The notes under the pieces were generated by a model. It saw only the letters and a list, made by a program, of their open reading frames with translations. It was not told where the DNA came from and ran no database searches. A stretch of 64,000 bases of DNA, from contig JBJTQJ010000002.1 of assembly GCA_046075565.1 (NCBI GenBank), positions 1 through 64,000 on the forward strand, read 5' to 3'. Made by a program: the position numbers and the translations under genes. This DNA comes from Verrucomicrobiales bacterium (GTDB taxonomy: Bacteria; Verrucomicrobiota; Verrucomicrobiia; Verrucomicrobiales; SLCJ01). Below, piece after piece: positions 8,869-18,568 of the stretch (its first letter is position 1; every line of letters begins with the position of its first letter).

Positions 8869-8964
8869 TTTTTGGGGAAATCCGCTGGCATCCGGGTGCG
8901 GGCTTGCCATGGTTGGCAGCGGCGGTGAAGATGCCGCTATTACACCAATCCGAACCTCAGAACC

Positions 8965-9879
8965 ATGTCCCTTCTCGTCGCCGGAACCGTCGCCATCGAT
9001 AACATCAAAACCCCCCACGCGGAGGCGAACCAATTGCTCGGCGGCTCGGCCTCATATGCCGCTCTTTCGGCGAGTTATTTCACGCAGGAAGTCGGGTTGG
9101 TCGGTATCGTGGGGCACGATTTTCCCGCCGAACACCTCGCCTTGCTCGAAGGAAAAGGGATCTCGCTCGATGGGCTGGACCGTTCGACCGGGGAGTCGTT
9201 CACGTGGACCGGCGAATATCTCGAAAACATGAACGAGCGCGTCACCCGCCATGTGGCGGTGAATGTGCTCGAAGATTGGCAGCCGGTGGTTCCGGAAGCA
9301 GCCCAAGCCGCCAAATGGGTCGTGCTGGCGAACATGTCGCCCGACAACCAGCTCGCCGTGCTCGATCAATGTTCTCCCGACGCCTTCGTGGTGGCCGACA
9401 CGATGGACCTTTGGATCACCATCGCCAACGAACGTTTGCACGATGTGCTCAAACGCATCGACTTGCTCGTCATCAACGAGAGCGAGGCGCGCGAGTTCGC
9501 GGGCTCCGACAATCTCATCGTGGCGGGCGAACGCCTTCTCGCGAAAGGCCCTCGTTACGTTGTCATCAAACTGGGCGAACACGGTTCCTTCCTTTTCGGT
9601 GGCGACGAACACCATTTCTTCTCTTGCGCCGCTTTCCCGCTCAAGGAAGTCAATGACCCCACGGGCGCGGGTGATACTTTCCTCGGCGGAATGGCCGGCC
9701 ATCTGGCCAGCATCGGTGCGGAAGAACCCGGATTCGAGGAATTGAAAGCCGCCATTGTGCGCGGAACGATCATGGCTTCCTTCACCTGCGAGGCGTTCTC
9801 GACGCGGCGGGTGCAGGCTTTGACTGATGAGGAAATCGGCGAACGGCTTGCCTTGTTCCGCCGTTACACCAGCTTCTGA
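8965..9879 (+). CDS. PfkB-family carbohydrate/nucleoside kinase
   Basis: GGSASYAA, GIVGHDF, INESEA, IKLGEHG and DPTGAGDTFLGG. Confidence 0.93.
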   Translation: MSLLVAGTVAIDNIKTPHAEANQLLGGSASYAALSASYFTQEVGLVGIVGHDFPAEHLALLEGKGISLDGLDRSTGESFTWTGEYLENMNERVTRHVAVNVLEDWQPVVPEAAQAAKWVVLANMSPDNQLAVLDQCSPDAFVVADTMDLWITIANERLHDVLKRIDLLVINESEAREFAGSDNLIVAGERLLAKGPRYVVIKLGEHGSFLFGGDEHHFFSCAAFPLKEVNDPTGAGDTFLGGMAGHLASIGAEEPGFEELKAAIVRGTIMASFTCEAFSTRRVQALTDEEIGERLALFRRYTSF

Positions 9880-9886
9880 TTCCGCC

Positions 9887-10630
9887 GTGGCCCTGCCCAT
9901 TCTCGAACGCGCGCGCACCCGCTTTCAGGAAGTGGTCGTGCGCGGCGATGGCACGGTCACGGAATTCCAGGTCGAAGGCGCGGTCCACGCATGGAGGCAC
10001 GAGCATCGTTATCTCTCCATGGCCTGGGGAGCCATGGCAGCCGCGGCTTTGCTGCGTCCGCAAGGGCCGCCGAAGCGAATCCTCATGCTTGGTCTAGCCG
10101 GGGGAACGGTGTTCCGTATCCTCCGACATCTCCTGCCGGAGGCCGCGCTCACGGCGGTGGAAATCGACCGGGAAATCCTTGAATTGGCAAAACGCCACAT
10201 GGGCTTGGATGAAATCGAAGCGCGTGTCCATGTCGCGGACGCACGGGATTGGCTCGCCCGCAACCGGCGAACCTTCGACGTGGTGATCGATGATTGTTAT
10301 CTGGCCGGTCCGGAGGATGTGTTTCGTCCTCACGCTGGAGACCGCGAGGTGCGGAAAAATCTGCTTCGTGCCGTCGCGCCCGGAGGATTGCTGGTGGTTA
10401 ACCTCGTCACCGGCGCCGGTCACCGCCGCTTGCAATCGGATTACCGGAAATGGTTCCGCGAGAATTTTTCCTGCACCCGCGGCATCACCGCCCCGGATAC
10501 GCAGAATGAGATTCTTGTCGGCGGAGCGGATGTCGCCGCCGCCGGACGTTTGCAGGAATTCGCTTCCGCATTCACTCACTCGGCCGATGCCCGGAGATGG
10601 AGGGAACTGAAGGTGCGGAAGATCGGATGA
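9887..10630 (+). CDS. Spermidine-synthase-like class I SAM-dependent transferase
   Basis: ILMLGLAGG, VEIDREI, DARDWL, FDVVIDD and PGGLLVVN; GTG start at 9887. Confidence 0.8.
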   Translation: MALPILERARTRFQEVVVRGDGTVTEFQVEGAVHAWRHEHRYLSMAWGAMAAAALLRPQGPPKRILMLGLAGGTVFRILRHLLPEAALTAVEIDREILELAKRHMGLDEIEARVHVADARDWLARNRRTFDVVIDDCYLAGPEDVFRPHAGDREVRKNLLRAVAPGGLLVVNLVTGAGHRRLQSDYRKWFRENFSCTRGITAPDTQNEILVGGADVAAAGRLQEFASAFTHSADARRWRELKVRKIG

Positions 10631-10761
10631 GGGAAGCCGTGCCCGGGCGTATCGGGAAAAGTGCTTGGCCAAAGATTGGATTGGAGGCTTGCGTGAAGCG
10701 GGCCTTCGACAGATCCCGGATGAATTTCCGCAAGGCCGTTCCATCACCATCACCCATCCAC

Positions 10762-11736
10762 CTACTTCGACTCTCTTTCCGGCTCCCGGTTTGCCTCGTA
10801 GGCCTGAATGATGCGTTGCACGACGGGGTGGCGGACGACGTCATTCTGGTCGAAGCGCATGAATTCGATACCATCGATCCCATCGAGGATACGCGCCGCC
10901 TCGAGCAGCCCGGAGCGGTGGGCAGGACGCAGATCGATTTGCGACGGGTCGCCGGTGATGACACAGCGCGACTCCTCACCGAGGCGGGTGAGGAACATGA
11001 ACATTTGCTCGCGGGTGGTATTCTGCGCCTCGTCGAGAATGATGTAGGCGTGGTTGAGCGTGCGGCCGCGCATGTAGGCGAGGGGGGCAATTTCCACCAT
11101 CCCGCGCGCGATCATTTTTTCGACTTCCTCCGGGCCGAGGATGTCGTGCAGGGCATCGTAGAGCGGGCGCAGGTAGGGGAGAATTTTTTCATTCAGATCC
11201 CCGGGAAGAAAGCCGAGTGCTTCGCCGGCCTCAACGGCTGGGCGGGTGAGGATGAGGCGGCGGAAGTGCCCTGCGCGGATGGCATCGGCGGCACGGGCGA
11301 CGGCAAGGTAGGTTTTGCCCGTGCCTGCGGGTCCGAGTCCGAAGACGACGGACGAACGTTCCATGGCATGGAGATAGGACGCTTGGCGGAGGTTGCGCGG
11401 ACGCACGCCGCCGCGTCCGCCAAAACCGGCGAGGCGCATTTGCAATGGTTTGGCAAGAGCATCGGGTTCGCCGGGAGCGTGGGCATGGGCCTGGAGAGCC
11501 ATGCGGAAACCGTGTTTGTCGAGCGCGCCGGCACTGCGGCGGGCTGCTTCGAGTTTCTCGAAAAATTGACGGGCGCGGGCGACGGGTTCGGCTTCGCCGG
11601 AGAGTTTGAGTTGATCGCCGCGCGCGGTGATCGAAACGCCGAGCGCGGACTCGGCGAGAGTGAGCATGGCGGGGTCTTCCCCAAAAAGGGAGTGTAGGAA
11701 AGGCCCGCTTTCGAAGGTGATTTCCTCGCGGACCAT
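10762..11736 (-). CDS. phoH: PhoH-family ATPase
   Basis: GPAGTGKTYLA, LTRPAVEAGEALGFLPGDL, APLAYMRGRTL, DEAQN, GDPSQIDL and DVVRHPVV. Confidence 0.95.
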   Translation of the reverse strand: MVREEITFESGPFLHSLFGEDPAMLTLAESALGVSITARGDQLKLSGEAEPVARARQFFEKLEAARRSAGALDKHGFRMALQAHAHAPGEPDALAKPLQMRLAGFGGRGGVRPRNLRQASYLHAMERSSVVFGLGPAGTGKTYLAVARAADAIRAGHFRRLILTRPAVEAGEALGFLPGDLNEKILPYLRPLYDALHDILGPEEVEKMIARGMVEIAPLAYMRGRTLNHAYIILDEAQNTTREQMFMFLTRLGEESRCVITGDPSQIDLRPAHRSGLLEAARILDGIDGIEFMRFDQNDVVRHPVVQRIIQAYEANREPERESK

Positions 11737-12206
11737 TATTCCTTTTTGCCCGTGGAGTTTTCCGCCGCCTTGCCTTTGCCCTTGTATCCGTAAACAATGG
11801 CCCAATCGAAGGGAAGGCCGGGCGAAGTGGTGCCGGTGAGTTCGATGGAGACGAGCATGGTGCGCGGGGCGGTGAAGTGGTAAGTGGCGCTGTTGTTGCC
11901 TTTGCTCAAGTCGCCAGCGACAACCTTGCCGTCCGGATCCTTGACGGTCATGTCGAACTTCACGCCGTCTTCGCTACCGCCGGCGAAGAACCAGTAGCTG
12001 TTGCCTTTGAAGACCTGATAAGAAACGCGCACCTTGCGACCCGAGATGGTGCTGCCGTTGGCATAATCATAACGGATCTCGACACCTTTTTCGACCCACG
12101 ATGTGGCGGCTTCGAGAGCGAAGCTTTGGGCATCGTCCACGGTGGCCATGGCAGGCATCGCACCGACCAAGGCGGCGGCGAAAACGAGCCCGCGCAGGTT
12201 GCGCAT
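11736..12206 (-). CDS. Hypothetical secreted protein (beta-sandwich, PPC-like)
   Basis: Signal peptide MRNLRGLVFAAALVGAMPAMA. Stop overlaps the phoH start. Alternative GTG start at 12227. Confidence 0.7.
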   Translation of the reverse strand: MRNLRGLVFAAALVGAMPAMATVDDAQSFALEAATSWVEKGVEIRYDYANGSTISGRKVRVSYQVFKGNSYWFFAGGSEDGVKFDMTVKDPDGKVVAGDLSKGNNSATYHFTAPRTMLVSIELTGTTSPGLPFDWAIVYGYKGKGKAAENSTGKKE

Positions 12207-12223
12207 CGGAGAATGAAAGGCGT

Positions 12224-13027
12224 TCACGGATTGCCTCCTTTGACTTCGGGATCTTTGCCGAGGATCTCTTTCACCATGCCGGCGCAGAGGGAATGGATGA
12301 CCCGCACGGATTCGAGGGACATCGGTTCGTTGCGCATGGCGGTTTCCAATTGGGGAAGGTCCCTGCGGATGCATTTGAAGGCGGGCAGCTTGCCGGCTTT
12401 TTCGTCCAGACCGCCGACGACTTTCTGGAAATGGGCAACGAGGCCGGGTTGATGCAGCAGCTCGGACTTATCGCCATCGTAGGCGGCGGCGACGGCGCTG
12501 GAAGCGGCTTCGGTGCCGCGCAACCAACCGCCCATGCTGACAAAATGGGCCAGTTCTTCATCGCGGAGTTCTTTCATGGTCGAGCGCACGGTGGCCTGGG
12601 TGCGGTCGAGTTCACGGCGCACGCCGTCCCAGTCGCCATTGTCGGCGGAATCGACGATCGCCTTGGCATGCGCGTTGACGGCATCCTTGACGCCAAGAAG
12701 CTCGCTGAGTTCAAGCACACGCGGACCGAGTTTTTTCGTCGATTCCTCGTCCTTGGCCTGAACGGCGATGAAGCCTTCCGCGATGACCACGCCGAAGATG
12801 AGGGCGGTGGCGCTGCGATCGGCTTGCACGGTGTATTCGGGCTGGCGCACGAGACCGCCCCAGTTGACCGAGCCGAGTTCGTCGAGAGCGGCAAAGATTT
12901 CCCTCGGCACGGGCACGACAACCTCGTCAATCATCTCGACCGGCGCGGCGCCCGGCTCGGCTCCGAGTTGCAGGGGAAACAAGGCGGCGAGAAGAACGGC
13001 AGTCGAGATGGCGCGCGTGAAGATCAT
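12224..13027 (-). CDS. Hypothetical secreted alpha-helical protein
   Basis: Signal peptide; PVPREIFAALD and GGWLRG motifs; in an operon between the SurA-like gene and phoH. Confidence 0.75.
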   Translation of the reverse strand: MIFTRAISTAVLLAALFPLQLGAEPGAAPVEMIDEVVVPVPREIFAALDELGSVNWGGLVRQPEYTVQADRSATALIFGVVIAEGFIAVQAKDEESTKKLGPRVLELSELLGVKDAVNAHAKAIVDSADNGDWDGVRRELDRTQATVRSTMKELRDEELAHFVSMGGWLRGTEAASSAVAAAYDGDKSELLHQPGLVAHFQKVVGGLDEKAGKLPAFKCIRRDLPQLETAMRNEPMSLESVRVIHSLCAGMVKEILGKDPEVKGGNP

Positions 13028-13048
13028 GGCGGTGGGATGCCTGGGGGT

Positions 13049-14014
13049 TCAGAACGTGCGGATGACCGACTTTTTGCGCAGCTCGGAAATATATTTCTCA
13101 TACAATTCCGCGCGTTTCGAAACTTCGACCATACGCGTGGCCTGATCGCGGAGTTCTTCGAAAGAAGGAACCTTGCCGCCTTCCTTGGCTTCGACCTTGA
13201 TGATGTGGAAACCGGTTTCGTCTTCGATTACGGGGGAAAGCTCGCCGACGGAAGTGGCGAACGCGGCATCACCAATCTCCTTTTTCAGGAACTTGCGATC
13301 CATCACATCCCAGCTTCCACCGGAAGAAGCCATGGCATCGCGGGAATACTGCCGGGCCAAGCTCGCGAAGTCAGCACCTTGGGTGAGCTTCGTGCGGATT
13401 TCTTTTGCCAGATCCTTCTGCTGCGCCGGTGTGCCGGTGTCGGAAACCTTCGGAATGAAGATCTTGCTCATCTTCACGCGTCCGGTCTGATCGCGCATCT
13501 TGGCGACGATTTTGTTGTATTCGGCGCGCACTTCCTCGGGTGAGGATGGGCCGACATTGCGGGTCACCTGCGAGCGCATCACGGAAACGATGAGGCGTTT
13601 GCGGGTAAGTTCGCGGAACTTGCGGTTCGTTACTCCCATGCGGGCGAGATAAGCATTGAACTTCTTCTCGTCACCCTTGTATTCCAAGCGGATGACGCGG
13701 TTGATCTCATCGTCCACGACCTGTTCCTTGATCTGACCACCCATGCGATTGAACTCGGTGAGCAAGACCTCGCGATCGATGAGGTCCTTGAGGACTTTCT
13801 CACGGGCCTCGGCGAGTTTCTTCTTCAATGCCTCGCCTTGGTATTCGGAGCGAAGCATGGCTTCGGCTCCACCGAGCAGGAGGCCGATTTCGGATTCGGT
13901 GACGACTCCGCCATTGACGACGGCGGCAGTGGCATTCACCTCGCGGGCAGCAGGCAGCGAAACGGGCAAAGCGACTGCCAGGAGCAAGGCTGGAAACAGG
14001 TATCGGGGAATCAT
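13049..14014 (-). CDS. SurA/PrsA-like parvulin peptidyl-prolyl isomerase
   Basis: Signal peptide, AAVVNGGVVT (SurA N-terminal) and rotamase FASLARQYS...GGS...SPVIEDETGFHIIKV. Confidence 0.9.
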   Translation of the reverse strand: MIPRYLFPALLLAVALPVSLPAAREVNATAAVVNGGVVTESEIGLLLGGAEAMLRSEYQGEALKKKLAEAREKVLKDLIDREVLLTEFNRMGGQIKEQVVDDEINRVIRLEYKGDEKKFNAYLARMGVTNRKFRELTRKRLIVSVMRSQVTRNVGPSSPEEVRAEYNKIVAKMRDQTGRVKMSKIFIPKVSDTGTPAQQKDLAKEIRTKLTQGADFASLARQYSRDAMASSGGSWDVMDRKFLKKEIGDAAFATSVGELSPVIEDETGFHIIKVEAKEGGKVPSFEELRDQATRMVEVSKRAELYEKYISELRKKSVIRTF

Positions 14015-14070
14015 GAGGAAACGCGGGGGAATCGCAGGTATACCAAACACGGAAGGACGGGGTTTGTCCA

Positions 14071-14793
14071 TCATTTCAAGCGCCGCCCGGCGGCCGGATT
14101 GTCGGGTGATTCCGGGGGAGATCCCCGGAAAGGCAGGTAGAGCAGGATGATAATGGCGGCTCCCATCACTTGGAAACTAAGCAAATACCACGGCCAAGGG
14201 CCGAGGTGGTCCATCAGGGAGGCTTTTTCGGGTTTTGCGCACAGGAAAGCGTAGTTCGATTTCGTGAGGATATTCACGGTGGCGGCGGCGAGCACATAGG
14301 CTTCAGTCCAGAGGATGCCCCGCAGCCAGGCGCGCGGCCGGGGTTTGAGGCCGAGGCCGAAAACGGCTTGGAATGCCCCGATCATGACCCCGGAGTGGAG
14401 CAGGAAAAACGTGAAAAAGCTCGGATGGGGCCAGTCAAAGGGCTGGTTCGGCGTGATCATCCCCTGAATGGTGCCGGCCATGGCCCAAAACCACGCCAGT
14501 TCGGCGGCGAGGGGTTTTTTCCAGACGAGCGCGATCCAGACCGCAAATCCCGCCCAGTTGCACAGGTGCATGGGCAGGATGATGTCCAGGGTGAGGGGAA
14601 TTCCTGCACGCCACCAGAAAAAGACGGCGATGAAGTGGGAAGCGGCGACCGCCCAGCCGAGGGTCAGTTCGACCGGCCGGGCCCAGGGTTTTCCAGACTG
14701 CCGCGCGCCGAGCATCACTGCGGAAATGGCAACGGTAATCCCAAGCACGGCCAGATGGGAGGTCCCGAAGGCGTTGAATGCGGCTGGGGGCAT
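14071..14793 (-). CDS. YwaF/TIGR02206-type integral membrane protein
   Basis: FGTSHL, LPMHLC, ITP, FFLLH and NYAFL..KP...SLMDHLGPWPWY. Confidence 0.88.
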   Translation of the reverse strand: MPPAAFNAFGTSHLAVLGITVAISAVMLGARQSGKPWARPVELTLGWAVAASHFIAVFFWWRAGIPLTLDIILPMHLCNWAGFAVWIALVWKKPLAAELAWFWAMAGTIQGMITPNQPFDWPHPSFFTFFLLHSGVMIGAFQAVFGLGLKPRPRAWLRGILWTEAYVLAAATVNILTKSNYAFLCAKPEKASLMDHLGPWPWYLLSFQVMGAAIIILLYLPFRGSPPESPDNPAAGRRLK

Positions 14794-14810
14794 GGCAGGG
14801 GAAATCAGCG

Positions 14811-15413
14811 CTATGGAGCTTGGCCGGTGGTGGAGGTCGGCCAAGGCAAAGACATGGAGCCTTTGGCTTGGACGGTGGTTTTGCCATCGGGAGCAAACAA
14901 TGGGGCGCTGAATTCGGCTTCAAAGATGCCGCGTTCCGGCTCGAATCGGGTGATCTCGAGAGTCGCTTCGATCTCATGATTGTTCGGCTGCGGCTGGGAC
15001 TTCGGCTTTGCTCCCGGAGCATAGGAAATGCCGTCGATGACCAACTGAGTTCCGGTGCGCAAGCGGAGAAATCCATCTTCCTTGAGCTGACCGTCGGAGA
15101 AGAGCCAGAAGCCCCATGCGTGCGGTTGGTTGTTGCCCGCGAGAGCCGGGTCCGCGACTGACAGGCGGAATCCATCGGCGAATGTTTCGAGTTTGGCGGA
15201 CGGCGGAGCCAGGGAAATCTCCAACTTGCGGGGTTGCGGGAAGTTTCCTCCCTCGAGCGTCAGGTTAACGCGGTGGACTTCGCCTTCCTTGGCCGCGGGA
15301 GGACTCCCGGTCAGCGGACCGCTGGCAACCGGCGCGTCGCGACGGGAGGAACACCCGGCCAAAACCACCGCGACGGCAACAATGGCGGAAAATCTGAAAA
15401 GTGGAACGACCAT
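14811..15413 (-). CDS. Hypothetical lipoprotein
   Basis: Lipobox VLAGC after a hydrophobic stretch. Confidence 0.65.
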   Translation of the reverse strand: MVVPLFRFSAIVAVAVVLAGCSSRRDAPVASGPLTGSPPAAKEGEVHRVNLTLEGGNFPQPRKLEISLAPPSAKLETFADGFRLSVADPALAGNNQPHAWGFWLFSDGQLKEDGFLRLRTGTQLVIDGISYAPGAKPKSQPQPNNHEIEATLEITRFEPERGIFEAEFSAPLFAPDGKTTVQAKGSMSLPWPTSTTGQAP

Positions 15414-15495
15414 GCACGCTACGGTTGGAGCAATCCCGCCTCCGGAGCAAGAGAAACCATACGCGGCAGAGAGGGAATCGGGCCGATCGCTCGAT

Positions 15496-16746
15496 TCACT
15501 CGTCATCACCCTTCAACCAGGAAGGGAAAGGATCCTCCATTTCCTTTTCCCAGCGGGCAGGGCCATGGGCCAGTTCGGCATCCGTTAATTGGCTCAAGTC
15601 CAGACATTGCCGCATTCCTTCTTTGTCTAAATCTTGCCCGATGAAGACCATCTGCTGCCGGCGGTCGCCGAATGGCTCCTGCCAGACATCGAGAATGGAA
15701 TCGACGGTTTCTTGATCCTCCGGCCAGCGGTCTTTTGGTGCCGCCGCCCACCAATATCCGATCGGACGGTATTCCGCGCTGCCGCCCGCCTGCGACCACA
15801 TGCCGATCATATTGTGCCGGGTGGCCAACCAGAAATATCCTTTTGAACGCAAAAGCCCCGGCCATTCCCGATGGATGAAATTCCAAAAGCGCTCGGGATG
15901 GAAGGGCCTTCTCGCTTCATAGACGAAGCTCCCGATGCCATATTCTTCGGTCTCCGGCGTGTGGGTGCTTTGCAACTCGCGTATCCATCCCGCCGAACTT
16001 GACGCTTTCTCCATGTCAAACAAACCCGTGTCGAGAATGGAATCCACCGGCACCAGTCCGCGACTCGCTTCCACGATGCGGGCGACTGGATTCAAGCGCC
16101 GCAGCACGGCATTCAATTCGGCAAGCGTTTCCGCATCGACGAGGTCCGTTTTGTTGATGACGATGACGTCCGCGAACTCGACCTGATCGACGAAAAGATC
16201 CGACAATGTCCGCTCATCACCTTCTCCGGCCTGCTGGCCGAGCGATTCGAGACTCTCACCTTCCATGTATTGATCGAGGAAATTTGCGGCATCCACCACT
16301 GTGACCATGGTGTCGAGTCGAGTCATTTCTTGCAATCCTTTCCCTTCTTCGTCGGCAAAGGTGAATGTCTGGGCCACTGGCAATGGCTCCGCGATGCCGG
16401 TGGATTCGATCAAGAGCGCGTCAAAGCGGCCCTCGCGAGCCAGCTTCGCCACTTCCCGCAGAAGGTCTTCGCGCAGTGTGCAGCAAATGCAGCCATTCGT
16501 CATCTCGACCAGCTTTTCCTCGGTCCGGCTCAATGACGCCCCGCCATCGCGGATGAGCGTCGAATCGATGTTCACCTCGCTCATGTCGTTGACAATTACC
16601 GCCACCCGCCGACCCTCGCGATTGGCCAACAAATGGTTCATCAGGGTCGTCTTTCCCGCCCCCAGAAATCCCGATAAAACCGTCACCGGCAATCGACGGT
16701 CCACCAACGCCCCGTCCGAAATCTGATTCTGATCGCTCTTGCTCAT
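15496..16746 (-). CDS. COG0523 (CobW/YciC/ZigA-type) zinc metallochaperone GTPase
   Basis: [30 protein letters not shown] and Cob[10 protein letters not shown]...RSKG...FIG. Confidence 0.95.
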   Translation of the reverse strand: MSKSDQNQISDGALVDRRLPVTVLSGFLGAGKTTLMNHLLANREGRRVAVIVNDMSEVNIDSTLIRDGGASLSRTEEKLVEMTNGCICCTLREDLLREVAKLAREGRFDALLIESTGIAEPLPVAQTFTFADEEGKGLQEMTRLDTMVTVVDAANFLDQYMEGESLESLGQQAGEGDERTLSDLFVDQVEFADVIVINKTDLVDAETLAELNAVLRRLNPVARIVEASRGLVPVDSILDTGLFDMEKASSSAGWIRELQSTHTPETEEYGIGSFVYEARRPFHPERFWNFIHREWPGLLRSKGYFWLATRHNMIGMWSQAGGSAEYRPIGYWWAAAPKDRWPEDQETVDSILDVWQEPFGDRRQQMVFIGQDLDKEGMRQCLDLSQLTDAELAHGPARWEKEMEDPFPSWLKGDDE

Positions 16747-16771
16747 TCCAAAACTTGCACCAATCCGGCTT

Positions 16772-16795
16772 TTAATGCAAGTTATTTGCGTTTAA
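16772..16795. promoter_or_regulatory. Putative Zur/Fur-family operator
   Basis: AATGCAA-GTTAT-TTGCGTT imperfect palindrome 25-50 bp upstream of the COG0523 start. Confidence 0.6.
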
Positions 16796-16840
16796 ATTCT
16801 CCGGTGTCGGGAAGGTCCGGCCGGGTGTAAAAATACAGAC

Positions 16841-17713
16841 ATGAGTAAAATCGACACAGACAGGACAATGGCGGTGTTTCTGGATTTGGAGAACATCGCC
16901 CTTGGGGCGCGGGAGGCGAAATATCCCCGGTTCGCGGTCGGCAAGGTCCTCGAACGGCTCTTGCTCAAGGGCCACATCGTGGTGAAAAAGGCGTATTGTG
17001 ATTTCGACCGTTACAAGGAGTTCAAGCGCGACCTCCACGAAGCCGCCTTCGAATTGATCGAGATTCCCCACGTCCGGCAATCTGGAAAAAATTCCGCCGA
17101 CATCCGCATGGTCGTGGACGCGCTCGATCTATGTTACACCAAAGGCCATCTCGACACCTTCGTCATCATGTCGGGCGACTCGGACTTTTCCCCGCTCGTC
17201 AGCAAATTGCGCGAGAATGCGAAAACCGTCATCGGCGTGGGAGTGAAAAATTCGACCTCCGATCTTTTCATCAACAACTGCGACGAATTCATCTACTACG
17301 ATGATCTGGTGCGCGCCGAGGAGATCAAAGCGATGCCCGTTCGTCCGGCTCCGAAAGCCGTTCCCTCGCGAGGTCGCAAGGCTCCGCCCACGCCCCCGAC
17401 TGAAAAAGCGACGGAAAAAGCCGCCGAGGCACCACCTGTGAAGGCGGAAGTTGAAGGTCGCGATCAGGAAGCCGCCTTCCATCTCGTGGCGGAAACCATG
17501 CGCGCGCTCGCCGAGGATCGCGACGAAGAGGACCGCATTTGGGGTTCGATGATCAAACAAGCCATCAAACGCCGCAATCCGGGTTTCAACGAGCGCTTCC
17601 ACGGATTCAAGTCCTTCAACGATCTGCTCAAAGGAGCAGCCCAGCGCGGTCTCCTGCGCTTGGAGCACGATGCGAAATCCGGCGGCTACACTGTGCGCCC
17701 GGCGGAAGCGTGA
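16841..17713 (+). CDS. NYN-domain (LabA/DUF88) protein with C-terminal OST-HTH/LOTUS domain
   Basis: VFLDLEN, GKNSADIRMVVDA, SGDSDFSPL and CDEFIYYD; C-terminal PGFNERFHGFKSFNDLL. Confidence 0.92.
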   Translation: MSKIDTDRTMAVFLDLENIALGAREAKYPRFAVGKVLERLLLKGHIVVKKAYCDFDRYKEFKRDLHEAAFELIEIPHVRQSGKNSADIRMVVDALDLCYTKGHLDTFVIMSGDSDFSPLVSKLRENAKTVIGVGVKNSTSDLFINNCDEFIYYDDLVRAEEIKAMPVRPAPKAVPSRGRKAPPTPPTEKATEKAAEAPPVKAEVEGRDQEAAFHLVAETMRALAEDRDEEDRIWGSMIKQAIKRRNPGFNERFHGFKSFNDLLKGAAQRGLLRLEHDAKSGGYTVRPAEA

Positions 17714-17719
17714 GATTGA

Positions 17720-18568
17720 TTATTCGCTCACCTCGATAACCACGGCGGTGGTGTTGTCGCGTCCGGCTTTTTCGATGGCGGCTTCGACGATCCTTCGCGC
17801 TGGCGGCAATGCTCGTTCGGCTTCGGTGGGCTCGCGCAGCAAAGGCGTGAGGTGTTTGTCCCACAGGCCGTCGGTCACTCCGTCGGTGCAGAGCAGGAAA
17901 AGATCTCCGGGTTGGTAGGCTACCGCACCGACCTGCGGATCAACAAACTGGTGGCCCGCCCCGAGTGCTTTCTGAATGGAGTTGCGCAGCGGATGAGAGC
18001 GCATCTCGCGTTCGTTGATGCGGCCCTGGCGGAATAACCACCCGACGTGGGTGTCGTCGTGAGTCAGTTGGCGCATCCCTCCCTCGGCGGGAAAATAGTA
18101 AAGCCGGCTGTCACCGATGTGGGCGAAGTAAAGCCAACCTGGCGTGAACCATCCCATGGTCATGGTTGCGCCCATGCCGCGGCATTCTTCGTAACTTTCC
18201 CCGAGATGCTCGATGGCGCGGTGTGTCTGATGGTAAAGTTCCTGGAGAAGATCGGCATAACCGGCGTCGAGCCCGGCCGCGCCGGTGCGGAAAGCGCGGG
18301 GTAACAAACGTGTGATCTTTTCAATGGCGATGCGGCTGGCGAATTCCCCGGACTGGGCGCCACCCATGCCATCGCTCACGGCGAAGACGAAGTCGTTGTG
18401 TTCGAATCCCGCTTCACCAATCTTGCCGAGGTATTGGAACCCCTCCCGGCCGATGGCCAGGCCGAGGAATGCATCCTCGTTGTTCGCGCGCACCTTGCCC
18501 CGATCGGTCAGACCCGACCAGTGCAAGCGCATGGCTGCCGGTGAATCAGAGGGGGAATGCGGGTTCAT
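17720..18568 (-). CDS. PP2C/PPM-family Ser/Thr protein phosphatase
   Basis: TDRGKVRANNEDA, VSDGMGG, HIGDSRLY, LTHDDT, LCTDGVTD and GRDNTT. Confidence 0.95.
   Translation of the reverse strand: MNPHSPSDSPAAMRLHWSGLTDRGKVRANNEDAFLGLAIGREGFQYLGKIGEAGFEHNDFVFAVSDGMGGAQSGEFASRIAIEKITRLLPRAFRTGAAGLDAGYADLLQELYHQTHRAIEHLGESYEECRGMGATMTMGWFTPGWLYFAHIGDSRLYYFPAEGGMRQLTHDDTHVGWLFRQGRINEREMRSHPLRNSIQKALGAGHQFVDPQVGAVAYQPGDLFLLCTDGVTDGLWDKHLTPLLREPTEAERALPPARRIVEAAIEKAGRDNTTAVVIEVSE

Noticed and set aside
8016..8891. Minus-strand 291-aa ORF with repeated PVPLQAKHWKAPVPLPL
   Set aside because: The repeat is the antisense of the Zn-finger duplication; the + strand has the coherent Cys motifs and a signal peptide.
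10597..13543. Long + strand ORFs 10597-11697 and 12101-13543
   Set aside because: Antisense shadows of phoH and the SurA-like operon; expected in high-GC3 DNA and without motifs.
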